This document shows positions 25,877 through 38,513 of a stretch of 64,000 nt of DNA, in pieces. The position numbers and the translations under genes were made by a program. Origin of the DNA: Utricularia gibba. Lineage: Eukaryota; Plantae; Magnoliophyta. The notes under the pieces were generated by a model. It had not been told where the DNA came from. It ran no database searches and saw only the letters and a program-made list of their open reading frames with translations. The stretch spans positions 1,674,001 to 1,738,000 of the forward strand of contig NEEC01000019.1 of the NCBI GenBank assembly GCA_002189035.1, written 5' to 3'. Each line of letters opens with the position of its first letter. Within the stretch, counting starts at the first letter, position 1.

Positions 25877-28800
25877 ATGCCTCCCTCCTCTCGTTTCTTT
25901 GTGGGCATTCTCCTTGCTTTTCTGTTCTGCTCACATTCTTCTGCCGCTGCTGCGTCGGCGGCGAAGATCGGAAGAGGGTACCGTTTACTTTCCGTTCAAG
26001 AGGTTAGTGGTGGGATTCTTGGAGTTCTTGAGGTTAAGGAGAAGAACGATGTCTACAGCCCTGACATTTCCCTGTTGCAGCTCTTTGTGAAGTGAGTTTT
26101 CTTGTAAATGCGGTGGGATCGTAGTGACCGGCGCAGATTCAATGAGTGTCTGTTTGTGTTTGCAGGCATGAAACTGATAACCGTCTGAGGGTGCACATCA
26201 CGGATGCGAAGAAGGAGAGATGGGAAATTCCGTACGATCTTCTGCCTCGAGAGAAACCTCCGTCTGTGAAAGTGAAATTGGCAATGGAGGAGTCCCATTC
26301 CACGGACTCCTCAAAATACGAAGGAACGGACCTCGTTTTCTCGTACAACAAAGACCCCTTCACATTCTCCGTCGCCAGAAAATCCAACAACCAAATCCTC
26401 TTCGATTCCGATTCCGATTCTTTCAATTCCTTGGTTTTCAAAGACCAGTACCTCGAAATCGGCACTAAACTGCCCAAACACGCATCCCTGTACGGCCTCG
26501 GCGAAAACACTCAGCCCCATGGAATCAAGCTCTTCCCCAACGACCCCTACACTCTCTACACCACCGACATCTCCGCCATCAACCTCAATGCCGATTTGTA
26601 CGGCGCTCATCCCGTCTACATGGACTTGAGAAATGACGACGGCGAGGCTTCTGCCCATGGGGTTCTGTTGCTGAACAGCAACGGGATGGATGTTTTCTAC
26701 AGGGGTACTTCTCTCAGCTACAAGGTGATCGGAGGCGTTTTCGACTTTTACTTCTTTTCCGGCCCCTCGCCGCTCGACGTCGTCGATCAGTATACGCAGC
26801 TCATCGGTCGGCCGGCTCCGATGCCATACTGGGCTTTCGGTGAGTTCCCTACAACATCGTCTCATGATTATTATTGTTATTTTAAAGCATGGCTCTTTTT
26901 TTATTCATTCATCAGTCATGTTCGCTTTAATTTGCATGTTATGGTCGGCTTAATTAACAGACTAGGGTATGATGTCCAAATAAAGACCTACCCCATGACT
27001 TATTTATGTTCAGGACTTTTACATAATCATTAAAACAATCATCAATCCTTAATCAAGATTTATGTCTTTAATTTCTTTTATTCAGCTGTCTAAAAAAATA
27101 TTTCATTATTTCCATGCATTAATAATTTTAGGTAATCATTTATGTGCAATTCAGTAGTGTCTTGTATTGCACATTGTAGCATATAATTTTATTTTATTTT
27201 TTAGATTATTTTTTGAAGTTTTCAATTTTAGAAATAAAATATTGAATAGTGATTTATGGAGAAGAGTTTTGGGTAAAAATAAAAAGTGAGAAGGTGGAAT
27301 GGTTATTTTTGTCCGGTCTCCTCACTGTTTAAGGTTTAGGTGAGGAGTGAATGCGCAGTATTGGGTCTCATCTTCTTAACTTACTGCAATGGACCACGTT
27401 CTGGAAGTTATTTTGTACCTCATTGTCGACAGGTTCCTATCTTAGAGTCAGCTGCATTATTTCCTGCACCTTCCATCTTAAAGGCAGCATTTACTAGACT
27501 ACTAACGTGCGGTATTTACTGCACTGTTAACTGATCAGATCCTTTGAGTTTTCCATCTGCACATGGAAATTGGGCAATTGGGCAGGGTTGACGCCCTAAA
27601 ATGATTCCCGTGTCCGACTCTTGGGGTTCATTTGACACCTCATGTTGCTCTAGAATCTAGATTGATGAGTTGGGCGGTTGGGGATTTGTGGGCATTGTGT
27701 AATTGCTGATGGTTGACTGTCTTTTCCCCCTACATCGGAGGATGTTAGAATGGGCTTACCACTCCTTTGTTGAAGTTCGGATTGAACTGATTCTGAACCG
27801 GCTCAATGTGCAGGATTCCACCAATGCAGATGGGGGTACCACAATCTCTCAGTTGTGGAAGACGTGGTGGAGAACTACAAGAAAGCCAACATCCCCCTTG
27901 ATGTGATCTGGAACGACGATGATCATATGGATGGCCACAAAGACTTCACACTGAATCCTGTGAACTATACGCGCCCAAAGCTCCTGGCTTTCTTGGACAA
28001 GATCCACCAACGAGGAATGAAATACATCGTCATAATCGACCCGGGGATCGGCGTCAACAAAGGCTACGGCGTTTATCAACGAGGAATCGAAAACGACGTG
28101 TTCATCAAGTATGAGGGTAAGCCATATCTAGCTCAAGTTTGGCCCGGAGCAGTTAACTTCCCTGATTTCCTCAATCCCAAAACCGTCGAATGGTGGGGTG
28201 ATGAGATCAAGAGGTTTCATGAGCTGGTGCCTGTGGACGGGTTATGGATCGATATGAATGAAGCATCGAACTTCTGCAGTGGCTTGTGCACGCTGCCGGA
28301 AGGCCGGATCTGCCCCAACGGAACGGGGCCGGGATGGATTTGCTGCTTGGATTGCAAGAATATTACCCAGACCAGATGGGATGATCCTCCTTACAAGATA
28401 AATGCTTCCGGGACTGCGGCTCCCATTGGTTTTAAAACCATAGCCACGAGTGCTTATCATTACAATGGAGTCATGGAGTATGATGCGCATAGCATCTATG
28501 GCTTCTCCCAAGCTGTTGCTACACACAAAGGCCTTCTAGGGATTGAAGGGAAAAGGCCGTTCATTCTGTCCCGGTCGACCTTCGTCGGATCGGGGCGATA
28601 CACTGCTCACTGGACTGGAGACAATAAAGGTAAAGATTGAATTTTTTTCAGTGAATATTGGTGTCAACAATGCAACACCATGACTGTGCTCCATAACAGG
28701 TACTTGGGAAGATCTGAAGTACTCGATTTCCACAATGCTGAACTTCGGAATCTTCGGAATTCCGATGGTCGGATCGGATATTTGTGGGTTTTATCCGGCG

Positions 28801-29847
28801 CCAACGGAGGAACTCTGCAACCGTTGGATCGAAGTTGGTGCTTTCTATCCCTTTTCTAGAGATCACGCCAACTATTATTCACCAAGACAGGAGCTTTATC
28901 AGTGGGAATCGGTCGCTGAATCTGCAAGAAATGCTTTAGGTTTAAGATACAAGCTTCTTCCCTACTTCTACACGCTGAACTACGAAGCCCACATTTCCGG
29001 AGCCCCAATTGCTCGACCCCTTTTCTTCTCCTTCCCAAATGAAACTGATTTGTATGGAATCAGCACGCAGTTCTTGATCGGGAGCAGTGTCATGGTTTCG
29101 CCAGTTCTTGAAGCTGGTAAGTTCAATGGGAAACTTGATTTTTCCTCTCTTTTATTGGCAGATCCCCAGTTTTTGATCATCCATTTTACAGGTAAAACTG
29201 AAGTTGAAGCAGTGTTCCCTCGTGGATCCTGGTACAGCCTGTTCGAACCAAAGAAAGTCATTTCTTCCGGCGAGATTCAGACAGTAGTTCTAGACGCTCC
29301 ATTGAACGCGGTTAACGTCCATCTGTATCAGAATTCCATACTTCCGATGCAGAGAGGAGGAACGATCTCCAAAGAAGCGAGATCCACTCCGTTCACGCTG
29401 ATCATCGCTTTCCCCATCGGGGTCATAGACGGGGAAGCGAAAGGCAATCTCTTCATCGACGACGACGAGCGGCCAGAGATCAACCTCGGCGATGGTTCCT
29501 CAACCTACATCGATTTCCACGCAACGGTGAGCAACGGCGGCGATCTGAAGGTGTGGTCGGAGGTGCAGGAGAGCAAGTTCGCACAGGGGAAAGGATTGAT
29601 TATCGAGAAAGTGGTGGTACTCGGCCTTCGCGCCGGCATCATCGGAGAGACGGTGGAAGTGGCGGTCGAGGGAGCGGTTGAACCGTCGCGGAAGACAATC
29701 ACGACGACGGAGCACGAAAGCGCAGGCAGATTGAAGAACGGAGCGAGCGTAGGCGTAGAGCAAGCGAAGAGCGTGATGGTTGAAATTTCGGGGCTGGAGT
29801 TACCGCTGGGTAAAAAGTTTTCACTGTCGTGGAAAATGGGGGTTTAA
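25877..29847 (+). CDS. XYL1: Alpha-xylosidase 1 (GH31, secreted)
   Basis: Signal peptide [18 protein letters not shown]. Exons 25877-26091, 26166-26839, 27814-28629, 28700-29116, 29192-29847. Catalytic GLWIDMNE motif, [17 protein letters not shown]. Confidence 0.95.
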
Positions 29848-31880
29848 TTTAACCCTTGAGGTAGAGGCTTTCAATTCCCCAGAGACACTCTTTCCAAACC
29901 CAATTATAGTTATTATCAGAATGCAATAATTTGCAGATCTTTTTCAATTTTTTATTATTTTTATAGTAATAAAATATTATACTCGAAATGGGCCTGGGTT
30001 TAGAGACCTGAGGGCAGGCCCAAAGAAAGCCCCGATGCCTTTTGGGGGACCGGGTCGGGCTTTCTCTATAGGCTGGAATACTTCTTGTCAACGACATCAA
30101 CTACGACACGCGTTGACCTGTGAAGTCAAAACATGTGGAAAGGTTGTTTGATGATGACTACTGTTGTTGTGTCTTCACGTGTTTATTTCTACTATAAGAA
30201 AATAACGATTTCCGAACAAAATTGCTTTTAAAAGTATTTCAAAAAGCAAAACGTGGTTATTACACTGAAACTAATTACAAAATAAAACAATATATTAAAC
30301 GTTGTCATTACTTTAATGTGTGACTAGCGACCTTCCGGTGCCTTAATTTTGCATGATGGTCCCAGAAATAAAATCGGTTTCATTCCAACAAACACTCCAA
30401 TTATGTACGGGTGATCATCACTCAAAGATTCGGTAGTTTGGGGATAAAATCTGGGGCTTTATTTTTTCATGGCAGGAGACCAAATCCATGCATTCTGTCA
30501 AACAGTATATATATTTTTACATTCTCGTTATATAAAATAAGAATACAATAGAAAAATGTATTCACAACATACATGTTACATCACTTGACCTCATGGTAAG
30601 AAAAGAGAAAAGAAAATGTGACAAATTGTGTGGGTTGTCGGAAGGCAGACAGGCGAAATGTCTTTTGTGCAAGGAATCGGCTTCCTTGCATGAAGGCTCG
30701 GGTCATCCAAATGAGACATTGGATTGTATGCAAAACAAATTTTACAATGTCGGAATTTAGGGTTTAGGGTTTGAAGTTTAATTTATTCGCGTTATGATTT
30801 AGGGTTATTGAATTGCCCAACCTTAAATTGTCAAACCCTATTCAATCATTTGGATTATTAGGGTTTATTCTAAGCACACCCCAATAATCATTCTTATTAA
30901 GAATGGAGGGTAACTGGAGCATTTTTACAAATATATTTTTTTAAAAAGTATTTGTATATAATAATAATGATGTGATATTATTGAGGGAAACTTGACAATG
31001 GGTTTGAGGATTAACATGGGAATTGGATGTTGGGTTTGGACATGGGAGTAAAGAAAGGATTATTACATTTAAGCGCATGGGGGATTAAGATTGGGATGTC
31101 GACACGGCATCCGGACACGGGGATTCTTTGCACTACCCGCCACTTTCATCTGCATTTAATTCTCTGCACCAAATTTCACAGCTATATCCGCTGCAACATA
31201 TTTCTCTTCACTGCGCTGCCGATATTTTTTGACCGCAACAGTGATAAGTGTGAAGGGAAACACTGCAACAGTGGCAGACGAGAGAGAGGTGGGGCGGAGA
31301 GAGAGGGAGTGACGAAGCAGGTGCACAAGCAACCTAACCGATTTTTTCTTTGCGATTTTCGTTTTCGTTAAAAAATCGACGGATGTTTGGGGGTTCCACT
31401 GGGAGAAGTGTGTGATCTGGGTTTTTTGAGATTTGCGTCGACGATGTTGTCGCTGTGTGGAAATTAAGGAAAACCCGTCGATTCCTAGAAAAGTCGTCGT
31501 TTTTTCTCTCCTTTATCACCCACGCGGCTCCCCCATCTCTTCCACTGTTCTCTTGAGTCTAGAAAAGAGGGTCCATGTCTGAGGATCCGGCGGATCTTCT
31601 GCTACCGTTTCCCCATAACTTTTGATCTTTTGTCCGCCGAAAGATTCTTCGGCGCAGATACATTTCTTCGTTATCTTTGACTATTGATTCTGATACTTTT
31701 GTGGGTTTTCTTTTTTAGCGTTTGGGTTTCCGAGTGCTGAGGGAGCGGAAACGTTGCAGTTCTTATTCGGAGTTAATAGCTTTTATGTCGGCCGGATCTG
31801 ATTCTACTGTTTCGTTTGGGGCTCCATTCAACTTCTGTTTATCCTTTTCTTCACCCTGCTGTTCGATTTCATCCGTTTCG

Positions 31881-32072
31881 ATGCGTATGAGGCCCAAAAG
31901 GTAAATCTTTTAGCCTTTGATTTGTTTTCTTCCCTCCTATGGTGAATTTCAGTCTCTGATCTGTATATATCTTTTTGGGTTTTTGCATAATCGCAGGATT
32001 TGTTGTGCCGTTGTCTGCTTTGGTGCTTATCACATAAACCGGTTATACAATCCTTGCGTGACGACCCCTTGA
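31881..32072 (+). CDS. Intron-split conserved-peptide uORF (31 aa, MRMRPKRICCAVVCFGAYHINRLYNPCVTTP) in the CRF leader
   Basis: ATG 31881, exon to 31900, GT-AG intron 31901-31996, exon 31997-32072, ending 122 nt before the CRF ATG. Resembles the MRLRPKR..V..FG.FHI CPuORF of Arabidopsis CRF10/CRF12 (recall). Confidence 0.8.
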
Positions 32073-32194
32073 TTAAAAAAGAAGTTGAATCTCCTTGTAC
32101 CTTTTCTTCGTTGTCTTTAGTTGATCAGTTTGTTGATTTTGAAACACTGAGGGCATTCTCTTTGAGGGGTTTTTGATTAGTTTAGCTAGTAAGC

Positions 32195-33046
32195 ATGCCA
32201 GGGATCCGGAGATCAATTTCATTTGAAACGGATTCGACGAACAGGAAGCCTAAGCAGAAAATCAGATTCATTTGTAGTGATCCTTATGCCACAGAATCTT
32301 CAGATGATGAAGGAGTTGCAGAAAAGAAGGCGAAAAGGGTAATCAACGAAGTTTATTTTGCAGCTACTGCCCTTGAGCCTGATGTCTCTGTTCAAGAAAG
32401 CAACAATGGTGAAAAGAGTTTGAAGAAGAAGGATATCAACATCGTTGATAGCAAGCCAAATCCTGTCACTGGAAAATACAGAGGTGTTCGGCAACGTAAA
32501 TGGGGGAAATGGGCAGCAGAAATCCGTGATCCTATTCAGCATAAAAGGGTCTGGTTAGGAACTTATGGTACCGCAGAAGAAGCATCCAGAGCCTACGAAT
32601 CAAAGCGGATCGAATTCGAAGCTATGGCCAATAAAACTGTGTCGTGTAGGAAGCCCCAGGCCCTGGTTGAACATGGAACTGCTGCTGCTCCAGATGTTGC
32701 TTTAACTGAAGATTCTTGCGGCAGCAACGCCTCCTTTTTGTCTGAATTGGATTCCTCTACTTCTGCAGCCAAATGCGATTCCTTTGATCAAGATGATTCC
32801 TTCAGAGTTTCAGATCCTCTGTCCATCGATACTGAGCTGATGGCTTTAGCTCAAATTGGAACAGACATTGATCTCGAATTCGAGATCGACGGGCTACTAT
32901 CATTTGATGACTTCAGCTTGGAGGATCTCCCCATTTGCGGCCTGGACACCGGCGACGATCCCCATCCAACCTCCTTCCTGGATTTCGGATTCGACTCAGA
33001 CTTCGACTTCGACTTTGCATCTGTCATAGACGACCCCCTGGCGTGA
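32195..33046 (+). CDS. CRF: Cytokinin response factor (CRF10-12-like) AP2/ERF transcription factor, intronless
   Basis: CRF domain [17 protein letters not shown]; AP2 domain [39 protein letters not shown]; acidic C-terminus. Confidence 0.93.
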   Translation: MPGIRRSISFETDSTNRKPKQKIRFICSDPYATESSDDEGVAEKKAKRVINEVYFAATALEPDVSVQESNNGEKSLKKKDINIVDSKPNPVTGKYRGVRQRKWGKWAAEIRDPIQHKRVWLGTYGTAEEASRAYESKRIEFEAMANKTVSCRKPQALVEHGTAAAPDVALTEDSCGSNASFLSELDSSTSAAKCDSFDQDDSFRVSDPLSIDTELMALAQIGTDIDLEFEIDGLLSFDDFSLEDLPICGLDTGDDPHPTSFLDFGFDSDFDFDFASVIDDPLA

Positions 33047-34649
33047 TCGGTGGATCAGCACCCCTCGACGTAGCATGCCCATAAGTTTTGCTGCTGAGTG
33101 TTAGTATCATTTATCTTTCCGTAGTGTGCTCGCTTGCCCAGACAAGAAATCAAGTGTAAGAAACGTACTGTGTGTTAGTTTACTGTCATGTTGTACCAAG
33201 GTTTTGGCACCCCACTGGGTTTTCTTGAGCTTCTTGAGCTGTCCCAGTGGGTTTAAGTTGAATAATATCTCTGTAATTCAATGAGTTCATCCCCCCCGAA
33301 TGTCATGCTCTACTCATTTCCCTTCTTCTGGTGTTCCAACGGCTCCGACCAGAGCCTCATTGTCTCCGACAATGCTCTGCCCGAGTCCGGCCGAGGGGCG
33401 GTGGCGGCGCAATCATGGGGCGCTTACAACAAAATCCCATGGTCTCCTGCCCAGTGTCTTGTGCTCCAATGGACTTTGGGGAGTAAATGTGTGTTGCAAA
33501 CAATTAAGGGCTGCTTCAAGACCTACAAGGAAAGCTTGCGAATTTGGTGAATGCCCAATTACTACAAGAATAATATATTTATTTATTGATGTCTGTTCAT
33601 GTAATAAATGCATGGAGGAGGAGGTATTTAGTATTTGTAAGGAGGAGAGTTGGTGCAGGTAGGAATTTAATACAAGTAGACTGACCACCCATTCTTCTTC
33701 TTCTTTTTCTTATTTTTTTTTAATTTTTTGTTGTGGTAATAAATTAAGAGGAGGAGATTCAATAAATGTAATCCTCCAAACTCACCTAACCGTCTGCCCA
33801 GCCTGCGCCACGTCGCTTTAGAATACTTATTATTGCATACTTTTTTTATTTTTAAAAAATTCACTTAATTATTTATTGATTTTTTAGGTTTTGTTATTTT
33901 TAAATTATGGATTTAAATAAGCATTTAAGACAGTTGTGAAAAATAATAAATAATCAGTATATATACCGTTGATTGAGGGGAACTGAACTCTGATGGCTGC
34001 TGTGAATGGGCTCTTCTTCGGCCCAGGTGATAACTGTACGGGTCGCCACGGAGATGAGCTTGATTGGGCCAGTGATGGATCTCCAGCAGGCCCATCGTCT
34101 TTTCCCTTTATAGTATGGCTTCGGTACATTGAAAATGATGTAGGGTTAGAAATAATGAGCCTTAAATTAGAAATAATGAGTCTAGGGTACAGAAGTAGAG
34201 TAGAACAAATTATTTTTTAAAAAATTTAGGAAGCAATAATATTTCTAGATATTTATAGGTAGAATGTGATCCCTCGCCGTGGATGCTTTTATGCGTTTTC
34301 AGTGGCTGTAACACCACGTTATGTCTTAATTTGTTCTAAGAGGTTAATGCATATAAAAATGATTGATATGAAAAAATAAATGCGTTTGATAGAAATTTTT
34401 ATTTAAAAATATATTATTTTGCATGTATTTGATAAAATTTTTATATTATATTAATATGATATCTATTTTTGATTTATTTTTTAAAAAATAATAATTTATC
34501 TTACTACTATTATCATAATAAATAAACCGACGTAGATACGACGTGGATTTTGCAGTTCGTTGTCTGATATTCCGATGGATGGGTTGGGTTCTGCATTCGT
34601 GTGGGTTAGTTATAGCCATTTCTCTCACGAATCGCCATTCTTCTCAATA

Positions 34650-35235
34650 TGTCTAAATAGTACAACGCGCCGCCGTGACTGTTCAAAAGAAGTATGTGCT
34701 CGTCGTAATGGGGATGCGGCAAAACGAAGCTGTCAGTGGAATTGGCATTCAGATACTTCCGGTGTTCGGGATCGTTTACTCCGACAAGATCCAACAATAA
34801 CCACCCACAAGATCTCAGTCGGCGTCTTTGATCCGTCGGAGAAACAACCAGTTTTTCCCTCCTTTGGACTTCCTTTCCGCCGGAGATTTGACGATTTCCG
34901 GGATTCCGTCGCCGCGGAGCTTGCCGCTCGTCGCATTCGTTCATCTACTTCCCTACTTGCGAAGAGTTACAATCCCAGTTTCGTCCATGTACTTGGAGAC
35001 GCGCGTGGACGCACTAGAGTTCGAGAAGTACCGTCATAGCAGGCTGCGGAGATAATGAAGAATAACACTTGTAACCAGGCAGAGCGGCAGCAGTCTGAGG
35101 ATTTTGCGCCTCCACGACGCCGCCGGATGGAACTGAAAGTGTGGATGCCACCGCGGCGGATAGAGAGAAGATGGAGGGCACGGCGGCCACCAAAACTCAG
35201 GTGCTGCAACCACTAGGAAAAGATTTTCTTGAACC
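34650..35235 (+). pseudogene. IPT: Adenylate isopentenyltransferase (cytokinin synthase, IPT1/IPT6-like) pseudogene
   Basis: Collinear IPT fragments in all three frames: KKYVLVVMG, CGKTKLSVELA, IVYSDKIQ, ITTHKIS, GVFDP, DFRDSVAA, SFVHVL, YLETRVD, EFEKY, MKNNTC..AERQ, RILRLHDAAGWN*, VDATAA, QVLQP..KDFLE. Multi-codon deletions and an in-frame TGA at 35134-35136. Confidence 0.8.
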
Positions 35236-35338
35236 TTTTTTTCGGTATTTGTTTTACTGCAAAAACCTTCATCTAACCCGAACTAATTCAAGGAGCCTTG
35301 TTCCAAGAATGCTGAGGCACAAGGATTCAAGCCGAATC

Positions 35339-36715
35339 TTAGCTGCTTTCCTCTTCATGACGACGGTACTGAACGATCATGGATTTTACACTGGAGGGAA
35401 TGCGAACAGCGCGGTAGTTCTTGTCAAGCCAAACAGCTGTGGCGGTGGCCTCCAGGATCACCTGACGAGACGACAAAAAAGGATAGCAATCTGAGAGCTT
35501 CTTCAGATAATGCATACTCAACTGTCTAAGGTGATCATCACCTCGAGGTTCGGAAGCTTGAGTATGAAATGTTCGAAGAACAACCGAGCAGCAGAAGAGT
35601 CGGATATCCTCACTTTCACGACAAACCTATCTCCACTCTACACATCGCAAGAGCAACAACAAGGAAACTTGTGCCTCAAGGTGCAGTTTTTCGGCTTCAA
35701 TCTCAGGGCAGCGAGGATAAAAGATGGAATAAAATGGTTGCCGGAGTTTACCCGCAAAGGTGCCATAAACTTGAGAGACAATTCAGACAAGGCTAAGGCA
35801 TCACCAGTTCGGGCAACTGCATCTGCATTAAGTCCAATGCTCTCCAAAAGTTCATGGCGACCTGTTCATAAATTCAACATTTTCTCTCGGATTAGCTATC
35901 AAGAGTTTGTATGAATCATGCAAACTCTTAACTTCATAGTTGATTTATCACAGCAAAACGTGAGGTGTGACAACAAACAAATAGCATAGTACAACAAAAG
36001 TTGAAAACGGTACGCTTCCCTGAAAACTCGTCACTTTTTGTAAAGTTTTCACGATGCGCTAGAGAGTGTAGCATTACGCATAGCCATATCACAATCATAA
36101 CACTGAAATAGACAGGATAATCTACTGATATTTTCCAACAATAATACACGTCCTTAAGGCCTCAGCATTCATTTTTTTTTTTTTTTGTTTTTGATCAGTA
36201 ACGTGAGCATTCTATACAGTGACATGATTTATATTTGATTGGAAAAAGCAAAGTAGGTTGAAGAGGAGCGCATTAAGCTTATTGATCATCCTGAGCAAGA
36301 GCAACTTAAAAGAACGAGATCATTCTCACCATGCTGGCAGTAACTTGCATAAACAGCATTATTAACAACTCCATACTGGTCCAGTTCATAATCCCGAACT
36401 TTGAGTTCTACACTGTGGAACTCCTTCATTCTGACAAGAAAAGTAAGAAATAAAAACAAAATATTTCAAAAAAAGCTTCTCCGTGAAAAACAAACAGCTC
36501 AGATCAGTCTCAGCCGTTGAACAAACTTTCCAAGAAGACAAGTTAGAGTACCCATTGCCACCTTTGAGGCCAAAAGGAACTCCGCCGCCACTTCCAACTC
36601 CAAAAGCGGAAAACCTGGTACCTCTCAACGCCATATTCCGGGGAGGCACTCGGGCAAAGTTTGAAGGTAGCCGGATAATGGCAGCAGAATGAGCATAATT
36701 CAATGAAAACAGCAT
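35339..36715 (-). CDS. ALT: Acyl-lipid thioesterase (ALT, hotdog fold), plastid-targeted
   Basis: Exons 36715-36552, 36430-36330, 35861-35752, 35637-35542, 35461-35339. Motifs [59 protein letters not shown]. Confidence 0.92.
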
Positions 36716-37475
36716 TTCCCCGAGAAAAATCAGGTATGACAACTTCCTCCCTTACTGCCAATAAAAGTAGGTTAGGGTTTCAGCGCCATCTTCTCATGTT
36801 TCCGCGCTCCAATGTGGGAGAGAGATCTCACGTCTACCACGAGAAGAAGAGAGAGGAGAGCTGCACGCAAAATGAGAGCGGGGGCAGATGGGCCGTAATT
36901 TATTTTGTCGTTGGGGAAGCCCAGACCATATCAGGCCCATCAAATAAATTGTCGGCCCTTTCTGTCCCGGTTCAGAGCCCATATCACCACTAGACGTCCC
37001 CGCATATATGGAGTAGAGGAGGGGGAAAGCACGTGCGGTGTGCGCCAAAAGGAAGGAGGGACCAAAAAACAATAAATAAAATTAATGAAATAAAAAGGAA
37101 AATAAAAAAAGTAACAAAATAATGGCAATTGGCCAATTCTTCCCCTTCACAATTGAAGGCCTACAAACAAACTCCCGGTTGTTAAACATGAAAATTATTA
37201 TTTTTTAATCACTTAATAAATTAATATTTAGATTAAAATAGTGTATTATTTCCTTTTAAATAAACTTTTTTTTTTTCGTCTGCAATGGTCTTCTCCAACC
37301 ATTTGGTCGTTCTACAACGTAGGACTTAGTTAGAAGAAGGAAGAGAGTCTGAGCAGAAATACAGAAATATGATCAATATTTGAGGTCTCAAAGGATTATG
37401 AACCAAACAAATGACAATTAGCAGCTCTCAGAGGAATTAAAGCTTCGAATTAGACTATGAATTCGAATTTCTTGT

Positions 37476-38513
37476 TCATGGAGCAGATTCTGCAACTCTG
37501 TACAAATCTGCTGTGATTTCTGTGAGCCACAAACCAGGGAACAAGGTCTGCAGGAAAAAGAAGAGAGATTTGAAATGAGGAACAATTGAAAATCGCTGTG
37601 ATCGGAGTGTTGGTGAAGGGGGTACTTACATCCAAGTCTTTCTGAATAGTTTTGGTTCTTTTTTTCGGACGGCGCGGTGGCCGGTGACCGACCATTGAGA
37701 AGAAATCTTCTTCGATCTCTCGTTTCAGAAGGGGGACGGAGAATTTGGCCCGTTCCTTCTTGTCGCCGCCGCCGATCCGATTAATCGTGGATTTGTGGGT
37801 TGTGAGGGCCGCCGCCGGCGCGGCGGATGGGCGAATCTGGGATAATCCGGAGATGGGTCTCGGTGAATCGAATCGCAAGACCTTACTGGGGGTTCCGTCT
37901 GGAGAGTTACCGACGGTGGCGGCGGCAGCGGGGGAACCGCTGTTTCTAGATGCGGCGATCGGCATCTTACAAGCGGCTCGCCTCGTTCGTAAATTCCAAG
38001 GGCGGTCGGACGCCGGTGGCTGGGGAGGTGGTGGGGGAGGCGGCGGCGGTGGATGTGGAGATGTAAAAAAGTCCCGCTCCTCCTCTAACCCTTCATCTCT
38101 CCACATCGCGTCTTTCATTTTCTGCGCCGCCGTCTGAAGATCGAGCATCACTTTCTCTCTCATGGCCGCAATCTCATCCTCGTCCTCATCGCCACCGCCT
38201 CCTCCTCTGCTCAGCCGTGAAGTGGGACCCACTACCGGAGATCCATGCAGAAACCCACCGGCGAATTCCCCTCCGAAATTCCTTTCCCTATCCCTCACCG
38301 CCCGTCTCTGTTGAATTGGGTGATTATAAGAATAAGAAGAAGACGAAGAAGACCCCTCTATTTTCCGGCGAATCGGAGAGACTTCCACATCGGAGTTGAC
38401 TCTCACACGCCGGAGGTGTCTCGTTTCCCCCACCGCAAATCACACGGCATCTTGAAATTGTGCAGCGCCTTGGATCTTTCAACCTCCATCGCCACACCTC
38501 TCTCCTTGGCCAT
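37476..38513 (-). CDS. DUF1639 protein; apparent 1-bp deletion at about 38424-38431
   Basis: Start MAKERGVAMEVERSKALHNFKMPCDLRWG then -1 frame RHLRRVRV; RPWNLRTRRAAC; FSVPLLKREIEEDFFSMVGHRPPRRPKKR; last exon 37547-37476 TLFPGLWLTEITADLYRV. Confidence 0.88.

Noticed and set aside
30668-30770. 9-bp perfect hairpin and two TTTAGGG units
   Set aside because: Expected by chance or as ordinary telo-box motifs; too short for an interstitial telomere array.
34606-34944. 112-aa minus ORF and other overlapping ORFs at 34.6-35.2 kb
   Set aside because: Explained as shadows and fragments of the plus-strand IPT pseudogene.
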